From assembly GCA_023213395.1 (NCBI GenBank), contig CM041465.1, positions 171,127,741-171,191,740 on the forward strand: a stretch of 64,000 nt of DNA, written 5' to 3'. This stretch comes from Cycas panzhihuaensis (lineage: Eukaryota > Plantae > Cycadophyta). A program made the translations under genes and the position numbers. The notes under the pieces are model-generated. The model did no database searches and had not been told where the DNA came from. It saw only the letters and a program-made list of their open reading frames with translations. Below, one piece after another: positions 1-18,729 of this stretch; the stretch's first letter is position 1; every line of letters begins with the position of its first letter.

Positions 1-2446
1 CTCTAAATTATATGGAGACAACAAAACTTTCCTCACTACTTATTAATTATTAACAGAGTCAAAATTTACATCACTTGCATAGTGCCTTATTAAAGTAATT
101 TCAAATCTATCACCCTTTTACTGTGGCTATATACATTCAAAATCTAAAATCTATGCACCATACACCATTCTTTGTTTAAGCATTCAAACTAGCATATAAT
201 ATATTCCCATTCCTCAACCTCTTTATAGTCCTCTCTATAACTATATTTATTGAATTATTCCTTTTAGCATAACACTTATTTAAATAGTTTATATCAATTC
301 CATAAATATAGCAAGTCAATACAAAATATCTTCCTCTACGTCTTCCTTAAGGTATAGGAGCTTTATTATTTCCTCTTCCATGAGATCTTCGTCTAGTATT
401 TTTAGAACTTGAAACTTAAAAATTTTGAGCTTGAAAATTTTAAGAATATGTATTTCCCTGAGGATCCAGTCTCCCAAATCTTCCCCTTAAGCATGTTGTC
501 AAGATAAATGGTTGCTTCATATTTTTATTGGAATTTTACTTTCTTTCCTCTTCTATGAGTAGCATGGAAAGTAATCAATCAATTATAAGTGTAGATAAGT
601 CTCTAATGACTTCTATGGTTGTTGTAATATTCTCAAACTTCTTAGCTCTTGTTACACACCATAGAATTTTCTCTACAACTCTTTGTTCTAGGACTTGTTC
701 CCTTAGAGCTTGTATTTAAATCACTACATCTTTAATTCTAATGATAAAGCCATTGATTAACTCATAAGCATATATTCTAAGGCTCTTAAAGTTCTTTTTA
801 GTTGTTTTTAATATTATACTTGTTGTACCATCATAAGTTATTTTAAAAGTATCCCAAACTTGCTTAATAATTATTCCACTTGGAAGGCAAGGGTATACTT
901 CTTCTTCTAGATTTGCATAAATAAATTCAGGTGTAAGAGCATTCTTCATTTTATTTTTTGGAGTTGAAAAAGTAAAACATTTGACACTATGCCTTAAAAA
1001 CTTTTATTAGTTAATGAAATTTGCATTCTTATAGACCACCCGAAATAGTTCTTTCCATTATATTTGGGATAATAAATTTATATGAAGCCATTACAAAAGT
1101 TCACCTTAAATGCATATAAGACGGGCCACACATTCACACAGATATGTTAATAAGATGATAGATACCCTATCCTAGATTTTAGGACCTCCTTCTGCCTCTT
1201 AATCCTTTATAGGACTTAATATATAAATTATAATAAATTTCTTAATAAAATACTTTACTATAGCCTTCTAGGGTTTAAAACTCAATTTCCTTAGAGTTAA
1301 GAAATAAATTGAAAGATGATGTAGAGGGTGTAAAGGAAAATTTTATCTAGTTACCATATAGGGATTTAATATAAAGGCTCCACTTTAGAATAAAATTTCT
1401 CCATGAATATGGCACCAAAATATATCATATCATATATCAAAATGACTATTTTTGAGACAAGATTCCAAAATTTAGACTCTTTAGAAAATGGACTCCTAGA
1501 ACTTAAGATATTAAAGAAAATACATAGGTGCCCCTTTGTGAAAAATGAAATTGGGTGGATTAGGGTTTAACCCCTCTCAATAATTAGTGGTTGGATATAT
1601 TAGACTATTAAGGACTAGGAGCTAAAGTCACTAAGAGCTAATAGACTCTTAATAGAATTCTAATCTAGCTTAATTTTTTAAAATATTGTAAAATAAAAAT
1701 ATATATATATCTAGTGTTAAACATTTCACCTACATGTAAAAAATTCTTCCTCAGCCTAAAAAAAAGTTAAATAAACTCTATAAATAATAGATCAAATGAT
1801 ATTCGTATAGGTGAGGTTGAGGCACTAATGGATCACTCAATTTAGATTCCTCATGTACTTATAGTGGGTATAGACAAGTTACACACCATAGAGACTAAAT
1901 CTCCATGGAGCAACTTAAGATGACATAATCTCTAAAGGTAGAATGACTATGAGTGATGAATCCAAGGGCATACGTCTCCACACATAGTAGTGAACCAACA
2001 GAGTTCCACAAATGATTCATATTAGGATGGTCACATAATATGAATTAAAGGCACCATTTAGATAAGAAGATATATGCCATGTGGAGTATAATAAATATAA
2101 ATGAATTTTAATGATTTCAAACAAGGAGAATATATTTGAATGGATTCTCAAATAGACTTGGAATAACTCCATAATTAAATAGAAAATGGCTTCAAAATAA
2201 AATTAAACAGACTGTAATAAGTATGTCTACCAACACACAAACCACATAATCTTGTATGTGTAACTTAGAGTTTCTTTATCAAAATGGATAACACAAATAA
2301 CTAAATCTATATAGCCACCTCCTCATAATCAATGAACTAGGGTTTTACCTTAACACTAGTAAACTAGTAAACCTATAAAATAATAGACTTGTAATATATC
2401 TTTCTTTTTATCGTAGCTCTAATATTTCACTTGAGCTCTAATACCA
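1..2446 (-). mobile_element. Decayed Ty1/Copia internal region (PBS, leader, gag, protease)
   Basis: PBS-Met on minus strand (GCTCTAATACCA 2435-2446). Minus-strand translations PKYNGKNYFGWSIRM (~1070), KQVWDTFKITYDG (ORF 716-949), VVEKIL..TTIEVIRDLSTLIID and ILDFEC (like WILDSGC, ~150). Confidence 0.85.
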
Positions 2447-2826
2447 TGTAGAAAAATGAAATTGATAGAAATTAATAATATACAAATAAAAATAAACAAA
2501 CACTATGATCATAATGGTACCCTTAAAGTACCTTAGATTAATACTAGAATAATATTATAACTTTATTTAGTATGATATATTAAGTGTGTATTTATATTAC
2601 ATAACTTGGCTATGCATGGGACCCACAACATAATACCAACATTATAGTATAATTAATTATACAAATATGCATTGTAATTTTGCCTCATGAAGTATGAACC
2701 AAGCTATTTCAATAATATCAATCACTTAGATCATGTGTGAGAATCTTTACATCAACTAATCATGTGTCAACCATTAAACCACTTAAATTAAATTCTACTT
2801 GAATATTTTAAAGTTCAGTATTCATA
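2447..2826 (-). mobile_element. LTR of the minus-strand Copia, with a PPT-like tract on its other side (2828-2839)
   Basis: TGTAG directly abuts the PBS. GCTCCCTCTTAA at 2828-2839 is a minus-strand polypurine tract, next to weak RNase H-like residues in 2840-3480. Confidence 0.55.
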
Positions 2827-3300
2827 TGCTCCCTCTTAATTCTTAATTTATAGAACTTCTCAAATGTCTTTAAAACCATATTGGACCACCTTTTTATCAT
2901 ACCACCTATGAATACCAATAATCAAACTTATCTTCAACATGCTTGTTTTACTACAAGCAAATGTCATATTATATTATCTCATCTTACCACCTATAAATCA
3001 TTAAGCAAACACAATAAAAACTTGTTATAACATAAAAAGTTTCTCCTTAACAAATTTATATCTTGTACTTATAAGTTACAAAAGAAATTGATTAACTAAT
3101 CAATAAGCCAAATTCACTAATGTCCATATAAAATAGCAACCATTTACCAAAATGCATGGTAAAATAACTTCTATAATTAGTAGTTAACTAAGAAGTATTC
3201 ATATATGTGATTCATCATCTTCTTTAATAATAAACAACATACTTTAAGAATAAGCTAAACTACTTGGACAAATAAACATGTTGTAATAAGAGTAGCTTAT

Positions 3301-3386
3301 AATTTTGCATAGGTAAACACTTGTAGTTTTCTTTAGTAACCATCAAGAATTTTACATAGGTAACACTTGTAGTTTTCTTTAGTAAC
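3301..3386 (+). repeat. Tandem duplication, ~47-bp unit x2
   Basis: AATTTTRCATAGGTAA(A)CACTTGTAGTTTTCTTTAGTAAC occurs twice; also present in copy B (~46908-46992). Confidence 0.9.
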
Positions 3387-4461
3387 TAATCTCTCTTAAT
3401 CACCTCATCAAACCAACAAAACCATAAAGGTATTAACATTATTAAGGAATTTAAAAGTTGTACAATTACACTATTATTTTAAGTATCCTAATAAGATAGG
3501 TTGGATATGGCAAGATGATGGACATTGTTTATTATACAAAGTAAATGGATTTCCTTCCCTTTGCTACACTCTAAAAAGGAATTTCTTGGGGATCATACTA
3601 TAAAGTATAGTGCTATGGTGAATGGACTTTAATATTATAGGGGAGATTTATAAACTCAACATCCATATTATTCTTCAAATATGCATATATGTATCATTAG
3701 AAAATTAAGGTTGATATCATGTGAGATGAATATAAAAAAGAAAGTAGTATAAAATACCATATTTAAATAAGTAAATGATTATATATGCGTGTGTACTTAA
3801 TAAAGGACTAATAAGAAATAGTTAGAAATACATGAAGATTTGAGAGCTTTAATCACACATACTAAGAACACTCATATATTCATATATTATAGGTATTTGC
3901 TTGTTTACTCACTTATGAGAAATAATTATATGCACCTAGAAGAATTTATGTAAATTTATGTACAATAATTTAGAGTACACAACAATACACCACAAAGTAA
4001 TTAATACATCATTAAGTGGTTACAATGATCACTCACATAATCCATGTATTAAACTTTATCTTCAACACTTGACCATAATGTTTTATTCATTGTGATTTAT
4101 AGAAAATACTTTTTGACTTTACCAAATAAGTGTGGGACCCCTTTAGTTGTGCTTCCTTATTTTCTTCTTAATTCCCATATTAACTCTTCCAATTTAAGGC
4201 CCTTAAGCTTTAACATTATTTTTAGATTTTAAGCATGATTTATCAATGTTTATATAAAGAAACAACCATCTAGTAGAATATATAAGTAGCCAATCACTGC
4301 AAATACTAGTTTTTAAGCAAGTTCTTCATATATATGGTTTATCTACATCTATAAATTTTCATGAGTTATTTATTTATAATTTTTCCATGTATTCACACTT
4401 ATCATAGTGCATTATAAAAGTAGGCCAAACTACCTAACTAAACAAATACTAATCCAAATGT

Positions 4462-7098
4462 TGTAGGGGCATAATATTAAAATTATTAACATGTAAGAAA
4501 TAAGATTAAAATTAATATTTATAAGGTTTTCAACAAAATAATAATCAATAGTTTATATATTAGTTTTTAAAAAACTTTGCACCTTTTCTAGGGCAATTAG
4601 ACTTTTATGTCTAGATTAAATTTTCCTTTAATTATGTATTTTTCATCTAATGTGTCTCAACCTTGCCACAATGGTATTAGAGCTATTTGGGGTTATAATA
4701 AAATTGCACTGTAGCTATCATAAGTACTCCAATTAGAAGAATTCTTAAGTACCAGTAGAGATTCCTAACTTATTTTCGAGTACATAGCATAAGAAGAATG
4801 TGACCATTGATGTGGGATGGATTGGAGCACAAACTTAACATAATGAATTTAGTGGAGGCAATTGAGAATATGCCAAACTTCTTATAACAATGTTAACATT
4901 TCTCTTTCAGAGCATATCACCATTAGTATTAGTAATTGATCCCATACTAGACTCATGAATATAATAAGATTGAGATGAGAAAAACATTAAATTTAGTGAT
5001 TCGAGGTACAAGATTCCTAGTAAGTGCATTAGGTAGGTTCAGTTTGAGTAAGCTTGTGACCCTTCAAAATAAGATAACACTACCTACACTAGAGACTAAC
5101 CACATCATATAAGACCAAAAGTAAAGCAATGATGAATTTTTGCAGTATGCTAAACAAATTAAAAAAAAAAAATCTAGGTTTTAAAAAAATTCCATTTTGA
5201 ATATTCCATAGAGAGAAACATATTTCTTATTTAAATTTTTTGAGAACAAAACATGTTTACACATCTTACAATAATAATTATTCCTAGAGCTAAAATAGAC
5301 CAAGAATCATCTAGATGAGGGAAAGAGACAATGTTAGAGTAGTATTTATAAATGTAATATTCAAGAAGGATAAAAGAATCATTTTTTATTATTTAGGAAG
5401 GAGAAAATACGAGCAAATTTTAAGCAAAACATCAGTGGTTAGAAATGCTAGAGCTTTAATCAAGGAGTTGTAAGCTTATAATGATTTATTATATCAAAAG
5501 GAGGATGGTGCATGTTGAAAAGGTGGAAACCAACTCAAAATGTGGGAAGAATTAAATAACACATGGGATCCCCTTATTGAAATCAATGATAACATCAGCA
5601 TGATATAAGAGAAGGATAGCCCAAAGTAAACAAATATAAACACATTGAGATTCTCAAGTGATGATAGTCACAAATATTCTATCATCATGTGAAATTACCC
5701 ATCTATTCTATAGATGGAGATATATACATAAACAAATAGCTAATAAAACTATTTAACTTAAGAACACTTAGCTCTAAGAAAGCATCAAACCAAGTGGATT
5801 TGGTCATCTCTTAATTATAAGGTTTAATCTACATATGGGTGATTATTAGAAGGATCATCCTAAAATATTATTCTTCAACCAATTTAATAAAGATTTCTTT
5901 AAATACACTAAGGAAAACTAGGGTGATCCATATAAAATATAGTTAACTCATTACTTCTAGGGGAACATGATCATGTTTGAATTTATAAAGATGTTTAAAG
6001 CATTGTAGATGGAGGCTAGAATTAAATCTAGTAATGGTCTACCACTTTACTTGAGTAATATGAGGGTAGAAGCATGAGAAGACATATCTTTTTGAGATGG
6101 GGGCACTTCAAAAGGCCATATACATGACACAATAGACTAAAAAAAACTAACTAGTCATCCAAACCAACTAGATGGCACTCTAAAAGAAGTGATAAATATA
6201 CATATAATTGAATAAGATAATGTCCAAGACCTTAGGGAGCCTGAATTTACTACCTTCAAATTTTAGCTCACTTAAGAGGGAAGATATGGAGAAATCTAAG
6301 AAAATAGTATAAGTAATTTATTTTGATTATGGATAGAAATGGGAAAGGTGACACTCATTAGTCTATCCTAAAAGAAACAAGTTCATACTATAAAATTAGA
6401 GGATGATCAAGGTGAAGAATTATAGGATGTAGAAGAAAATCTTCTAAAAAATCAACAATACAAAGAAATTTTGAATAACCAAACCTTAGATGATGGGCAT
6501 CTTGAAATCTCTATGATTACCATGTTTAGAATCTAATGATCTAATACCATTAAGGTTTATGGATCTTTGAAGATAAATAGTATTAGTCTCAATAGGCTTG
6601 GGAAACACTCACTACCTTATTAATATTAACATAACCAAAAGTTCAAGCCTCTATATGGATAAGAAGAAGTCTTTCAACATTTTAATATTAGGAGGTAACT
6701 AGGTTACATGCGACATGGAAGTGAACCATCAACAACTCTAACTAGGTAAGGTGATGATTATTATGGACTTCTATACCTTCAATATTAGAGGTTTTGAAGT
6801 TGTACTTAGGGTCAAGTGGCTAAAAACCCTAGGTATGTATGGTCGTAATCATCATGAGAACTTTAATTACTTTTATATAAGCAAGCAATTATATCGAGTT
6901 TTAGGGATCGAAACACTAAAGATGTCTATTATATTAATTGAAAAGATGATAAAGTATATGCTTTTCTTTACCTATTAGTTTATTGAATAAATGTTCCTAT
7001 ACTTAGATAATGATGATTTCAACCATGGTTGAGGGCTTCATAATTGTCCATACAAGCTTAATGAGTTAAGGAAAGGCTTTTTAGTACCCCTACAAGAC
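4462..7098 (+). mobile_element. Decayed Ty3/Gypsy 5' part: LTR end, PBS-Met, gag and aspartic protease remnants
   Basis: LTR end CCTTGCCACA (4670) then TGGTATTAGAGC (4672-4683). Protease-like SNTIKVYG..VLVSIGLGNTHYLIN (like VLIDSGSTHNFI) at ~6540-6625 and DFYTFNIRGFEVVLRVKWLKTLG (ORF 6751-6978, RVP_2-like). Left boundary approximate. Confidence 0.8.
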
Positions 7099-7099
7099 A

Positions 7100-10000
7100 T
7101 GTAATATCCTTCTCTTCCTCCTATTTATAATACTAATCTATTTTGTTCTCTTCTTTAGATGTTTTTTCATTTAAAACTCTTATTTTTAAATAAATTTTTT
7201 ATTCTTACTATCATGGTTATTATAATCTCATTTTGGTTTTTTTTTTTTTATGCAAAAATTCCATTTCTAGTGTACAACAAAATTTACCATAATACTACTT
7301 TAAAACTTCATGGCATCACTAAGAACTTCACGATACTAATTCTTTCATTTCTATTTTTTTTTTGCCCACTATTGGTCATGCATTTATGGTACCTAATAAG
7401 GTATCAACTCACTTTTCCCATCAAAACCATGGGCTATGTATGGGTTTGCCTTTAAAACCATAGGCTAAGTAATGACTTTAGCATTAATTCTCTCCAAAAG
7501 CATGAGTAATCATCCCATGGGACCTAACTCATCTATCTTTCTATTTATACCCTCCATTTTTCATTGGAAAGGAAGATTAATTTCTAAGCTAATATCTTAT
7601 TATTATGCTACTAAAATTTATGCAAAAAGCCCATAGCTTTCAAATCTAATTGGTTGAATTCCACTATTAGATTAAAGCTTTAATATTAGACATTATTAGA
7701 GTACTCTTTGGATGGAGTAGAATGTCACTCACATCTCCCCTTTACTTAGAATAAGCGTAACACCCCCCACATTGCCAAGATTTTCTTCCTTCTTCTAATA
7801 CTTTATTTACTTACTTTTATGGCATTAAATTACCCTCTTTTATGCTTGTTATTTGCTATAATTTTAGTTCTTTTGTCTTTGCATACTTAACTTTCTTTGT
7901 AGTTGGAATCTTATAGATGGAAAAATGGGCTCAATATTGCTTATTAGGATAAAAAAAGGGTGGCAAAATAGGCATTTTTAACGCCCCTCTTTCCACCATT
8001 TCCTTTGTTTATTTTAAGTCGACATTTTAGCTTTACTTTGCAAGATTTTTCATCTATTTACTATAGACTTTGTTAGATACTAATCAATGTAGGTGGAGGA
8101 TCTATCCTAAAGATTTGAGTGCAACTTAAAGTGTGCTTAGAGTAACTAAAGAAATCCCTTCCTTCTCTTTCATTCATTTAACTCAAACAAATAAAGTGCT
8201 TATTACATAGTTGTTATGCTATCAAAATCATCTTACATAGCTATAAAGGTTAGTATCTTAAAGTAGCTTTTAAGTTGACTTCTAACATATTTTACTTTAA
8301 ACATAAACTTGTTTTTAGTATAGGTCAATCTAATAAGCAGCAATACTATTAAAATTTTCCTAGAAATCATTTACAAACACATTTACCTAATCTTATTTTG
8401 CATGTATTGGTAATTCTGAAAATTGTGAATAAAATTTACTAAAAGAATGGGGCAAAATTAGATATTTCGAATATTATTCTTAGTATTCCTTAAACCTTTC
8501 CTTTTATAAATTTAGTTTTTAAAACAAAAAACACTTAAAAATATTACTTTATTTCATAATTTTATTTAAAAAAAAGAATTAGGAAAAGAATTTACACTTA
8601 TTGTATACTCGTTGTTGCCTATTCTTCCCTTACCCCACATATAGATTTTCATTAAAAAGGAAAAAAAAGGTTTATTAAAATAATTAGAAAATAAGGTTTA
8701 AAAAGAATATTTGTCTTTTGCATATTACATTTGCACTTGCATTTTGGTGTGTATCTTTCTAAAGACCTAATAAGGAAGAGGTTTGCATCTGTTGTGAGTC
8801 TTTGAATATGTGGGGCTACACTTATATTTGTTAGGTTAGATTATTTATTACTTGTATGCAACTAAAATTATATAACTAGTAGTATTTAAATTATTTATCG
8901 TATTCTCCTCTTAGTCTCTTATAGGTTTTAGGGTCTTCTTTTTGTTGAAAAGAGGGGATAGTCATCTTTCTACCTAGGTTTAATTATCATATGACAAGGA
9001 TTATTTTATGATTTTAGGCATTAAGTCTCTAATCTATGTTCTAAATAGGCTGTTGAAGGGTTCCTATCTCCACCATGTGTTCATACATAGGATGTTTATA
9101 ATTGAGTGGGTTTCATTTATACTATTGATAATAATGACCTCTTATATTTCAGCCTCTTTGATCTTGAGGTACATTAGAATTACCAAATTGCATTACACTT
9201 GTGTGAGTGCTATCATTAGTAGAAGAGTCTTTATTGACTTATTCATTAGTGAATCTGTCATATAGACTTGATTCCTTTAGATACCTTATTTTGGATAGTC
9301 CTTTTCTTGGTTCTTTTATATTGATTCTATTAAGTTAGGTTTATGTTGGAGCCAGGATTAAGATGGGTCAATTTATTTGGGTGGTTATAGTTACATAAAA
9401 TAGGCACATAGTTACATAAGTGCTTTTTGGAAACTCATACTTGATCGATCCCTTTATAATGTGAGGGTTATTGTTGTGTTGTTTGGCCCTTCTAAGGGTA
9501 TTGGGTATCTTATTTAGTTGATATTATCTTAGTCTTTGCAATTGAATTTTAGTTCATCTCCTTGTCTAATGCATAAGTTAACTCATCTGCCTACTTATAT
9601 TATACATTTTAATTGTTAATTGGTTTTACTTATTATTTTAATCTCTCTTTATTTTTCTCTTTTTCTAACACATAGCACATACCTATATTTTACCCTTAGA
9701 TCAATATAGTAAACACATTAGACATCATTCTTGCGTGTGTGTATAAGAGATGCATGAGTGCCCTATAGGGAGCATATGCTCATACCCCTTCAAAATTGGA
9801 TCCTTGTTCACCCTTTGGGTCCATTCTAGGGATTTGTTTATATGTCCTCTCCTCATGTCTACCTGTGTTTATTAGCAACCATATTTGAGACTCACCAATA
9901 TAATGTTATCTTTGTATTATATTAATAATTCTACTTCTTTTCCTTATTCAAATCCTTTGAGATAGGGTGAGATTCCATTTAGTTTATAACTCATCTTTAT

Positions 10001-12440
10001 GAGGATCCCTCATAATTATCATATAGATTTAGAGTCTAGATGTATACCATAAGTTTAGACCTTCTTCATTTTTTTCTTTTAATTCTTGTATATGATGATA
10101 TTCTCATCATCTTAAAGGCCTTCCTCTATTTGTCTCTAATCTTTCACATCCATCTAGTCCCTCACCTATTGAGCACTCCTCAATGGAAGGATAGATCCTA
10201 CTTGAGTGGTTTACAAATCACTTTTAGGCCCAACACCTAAACTAGTTACAAGAGTTTTACTTAACATAAGATCTATATCAAGCCCAAGATATATACCAAG
10301 CCTACATGTAGGATTGGCCTTAATTATTTGATACTTATTCATCATAGGTGCTTTATCAAGAAGGAGTAGATCCTATGTACTAGCCATATGAAGTAAATTA
10401 TGACCCCACTAAGTCTCTGATGTACATCATTAGATCCACCACCTAACTCCATGACCTTTCTTAAACCCCAAAGTTAAAACTCAAGCCTTTACCTTTGATC
10501 AGACCCAAGATGGTGAGTAGGTTCCCAACCTACTTCAGATATAATCCATTCTGTTCGATATTGAAACCATCGTTAAAGTATAATACAAAGTAGTTGTAAC
10601 AATAAATATTAATTTAATTTAGGCTTACCATTTATTTGGGATTACGCCTACATTTATCTTATCCATTTCCCAAACTCAATAGTAAGTAGCCCCATAATAG
10701 TAGACTACTTCCCAACTAGTCACACCATTTACCCCTCCACTTATCCACCCATCCACCTCCAAATCGATAATAGCCCTATTTATGGGTCCTGTTTTAATAA
10801 TAATTCCCTAATCTATCCCATATATTTCCCCACTTATCCCACCAATGAGTGGGCTTCATACATCTATTCAGTAACTAATAGTTATACAGACTACTCCTAT
10901 ACCTCTATTTTTTCCTCATCCTAATTCAATAGGATTATTAAGGATGCCTCACTCCCTCCATGTCCCATTCATCCTATCCAACCCATCCCCTAATGTGGGT
11001 AACCCTCCTTTGTCTTGCCTAGCTATGTTGCCTAATATTAGGGATAAGGTGGGTCTCATCCTCAACCTACATTTAGAGTTAATCCACTTTACCCATATGG
11101 GGTTGCTCCACTGATTAGAGTCCCATATGGTTTGAACTCAATTCCATATCCTCCATCTTATCTTTTACCACTTTACCAAACCACATCTATTTGTTCTTAA
11201 GTATATAAATTATCCTACCAAGTTGTAGGTCCCTAATCCACCCATGTTTATTAAGGTCTTAATATCTAGCCTTATTAGACTTGACCTAGGAATGCACCTA
11301 TCTTATCTCATATAACTATACCTTAAGGAGTAACTACATAGGTTGGTGTTCCTTATCAAGCCCCCACCTTTAGTACCTCAATATGTAGGGGACTTATTCT
11401 ATATATACCCAACCCCTATACCCAAGTAAGAACTACTTATCAAGCTAAAACCATCTCTTAAACTATTCCATCATGCCAAGCCTGCCAACAAGTATATGCA
11501 CCTTATGTGGGAAGCCAAACATACTTAGTTTATCCATCACAACAAACCTTTTTACTAGTTAATCATCTAGCTTAACTTGGTATACATCCCTTTAATGATT
11601 ATAAGACCAACCAACTATCCCTTAAGGACCCTAGAACTAATTTGTTGCCCCACCCCTTATAAGTACCCAACTTTGAAGGTAATTCATCCTAAGACCTTAG
11701 AGATCATGTTGAGTTTTTTACCATGGTATGTATTGATTAATGATTATATGACTATATCCTAATAAGGCTCTTTCCTAGGCCCCTTTAGGGTGATAGCCTT
11801 AATTAGTTTTATTATTTTTCCTTCCACTCCATCCATTACTTTTAGTAATTGGTAGATACCTTTGTAAATTATTTTGATGTGTCATACCCTTTTAATAGTG
11901 GATCTAAAGCCTTACTCTCTCTTAAACAAGGCCATGATGAGCTCAACAGAGACTTCGTGCACTATTTTTATAATTTACTCCACTTAATTAAGGCTACTCA
12001 ACCTGAAGACTTAAAATGAAATATCTTTGTTAATGCTCATTATCCTAAGTTCATGCAGAAGATTTTAATATGGGAACAACTACATGTGACTCTGCAATTG
12101 CTAAGTGTCTTTATTTGGAATCCATCAAGATCCAACTAGGCTTGAAGAAAGTCAATAAAGCCTTCCTATAATGAGAGGCACAACATTTGCTATAACACCA
12201 AAGGTCCCAACCATTAGCTTTAAGGGCTATTATCAATAATGCTAATATGACCATAGGCTTCTTAACCTTTATAGTTTGTTATTTTAAGAAAGTATTGAGA
12301 GATTTAAAGTTGTAACCATCCTAAAGGCAACCAAAGCTACTTGCTCCCTTACATGGGTATATGCCAGTTCTGTAAGCGACCTAAGTTATTTCCTAAATTA
12401 GGGGTAGTACTACTACCCTTCCTTAGGATAAAAGGAATTT
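7100..12440 (+). mobile_element. Decayed large Gypsy-type remnant (long non-coding/LTR part, C-rich region, gag)
   Basis: Starts TGTAATATCC. Gag-like KVPNFEG..DLRDHVEF (~11660-11720) and LLSLKQGHDELNRDFVHYF (~11910-11970), resembling the retrotransposon gag LxQxxxEsxxDY motif. Boundaries uncertain. Confidence 0.55.
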
Positions 12441-12449
12441 ATAAAAATA

Positions 12450-12625
12450 ATTTATAATTGGCCTTGATTAAAACCAAGTTGACAATCTTATTCTAAAAGT
12501 ACATAGAAATGTTGATTGGGTTGGTTGCCAAGACTTATGCCATTTCATATTGGGGTATCGCTTTGACATGAACTCAACTGTAATCTCTTAGAGCTACAAG
12601 AAACAACCAAATGTTACTCTCTCCT
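12450..12625 (+). mobile_element. Copia RNase H, 5' half (split by the element at 12626-17145)
   Basis: Translates NVDWVGCQDLCHFILGYRFDMNSTVIS*SYKKQPNVTLS (like DADWAG...ISWSSKKQPTVALSS) and continues as SMEVEY at 17146. Confidence 0.9.
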
Positions 12626-17145
<4,520 letters not shown>

Positions 17146-17909
17146 CATGGAAGTTGAATACAAAGTAATTATTCATGTCAACACTACAATAATTTGGCTA
17201 TGCAAGATTCTTGTAGAGCTTGGACTTCATTAGACTTAAGCCACCACTCTCTTTTGTAACAATTAAAGTGGTTTGAAGATGACTAAGAATCTTGTCTTCC
17301 ATATGAGAATCGAACACATCGAAGTCCATCATTACTTCATCTATAAGCATATGCAAAATGGAGAAGTTGACTTAGTATACTAACTGACTAAGGACCAAGT
17401 GATAGATATCTTCACCAAAGCACTTGGGAGACCAAATTTTAAAAGGTTTTGGCATGACCTCGATGTCAAAACAAATATAGTTGTCATTGAGGGAGGTGTT
17501 AAAACATTTAACAACACCTCATTTATAATCATATTTTTATGCATCTTATATCATTGATATGCCATGATGTAATTAAAATGTAATGTAATATTATCTCAGA
17601 TCTATCCCCTTACTAAAAAATAGGCCAATAATATTTGCTCGTTATATCAACCACTGAGATTTATTTATAAGGCATATCTTCATCTCTAAATTAGACCTAA
17701 ATACCCTCATTTATACATTAAATTGTTATGTATACAGAAGCTCTATCAGAATATAGATCAACAGTGTAATTAGTTTACCCTTCGCAGTTCTTTGTTATCA
17801 ATTTGCTTTATTCTATTGTCTATTGTATATTATTTGTGTTGTTCCTTCTTTTATATCTTTTATATTTGTACACACATATGTTATCTTGATCTTGTTTATG
17901 AATTTTACA
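17146..17909 (+). mobile_element. Copia RNase H 3' half, PPT and 3' LTR (17497-17909)
   Basis: MEVEYK..IWLCKIL..LFCNN*S..KNLVFHMRIEHIEVHHYFI..DIFTKALG; PPT TGAGGGAGG; LTR TGTTAAAA...TTTTACA. Confidence 0.92.
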
Positions 17910-18679
17910 TAGAGGTCCTCAATAGAACTTTAGAGATATATCTATGTTGTTTTTCCTCAAAACACCAAAATTAATAAAGTTGTTGGTTAGCTCTAGTAGA
18001 ATATTGATGTAATTCCTTACACCACTCTATGATTAGCATGCCCTCCTTCATGGCCCTATATAGTTATCCCCTACCTTCCCATTAAACATTGACCACTAAC
18101 TTGCATACAACCTCAATATAATAGAAATTGTAAAATATGGATAAAATCCTAAACACCCTCAAACAAAACTTAGCAATGCTCAGAGTCATATGAAGCAACG
18201 TGATGACTGCCACCACTCTGATTGAATTATTTCTATTGGTGATATGGTCTTTATTCACCTCCAACTATATAAAGAACAATCACTCTACCACAATAGAAAC
18301 CATAAACTTAATCCTTAATACTATGGTTCTTATAAGGTTAGACTACACATTGATAAATTTACTTGTGCCCTTGAACTCCCTTCTGATACTAAGATCTATA
18401 ATGTCTTCAATATGTCATGCCTTAAAAAGCTCTTCAGAAAGTATATTATATCATAGACCACTCTCTTAAACCTTGTTGAAGAGTAACTCCTAACTATTCC
18501 CCTAGACTATATTTTGGAAACTAAACACCTCTGTCTCTAACATAGGATTGTTTCAAACATTTAGTGTAATTGACTGGCAACATACCTAAAGAAGTGACAT
18601 GGAATTTGGATGAATTCATCAAGAAGCATCCACATTTATTACATTATAGGGACTCAGGTCTCAGGGTAGGGGACATGTT
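17910..18679 (+). mobile_element. Chromovirus (Gypsy) integrase C-terminus, chromodomain and PPT; truncated at the LTR start
   Basis: EVLNRTLEIYLCCF, LKQNLAM..SHMKQ..IGDMVFIHLQLYK, chromodomain-like LV*LTGNIPKEVTW..EFIKKHPHLLH, then AGGGTAGGGGACA-TGTT. Confidence 0.88.
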
Positions 18680-18729
18680 TCCTTAAACTGAATATCTTTC
18701 CCCTAAAAAGAATTACATGTTTCCCTTTT

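Noticed and set aside
3480-4460. Possible transposase or integrase remnant
   Set aside because: No motif could be recognised convincingly in any frame; needs a translated HMM search.
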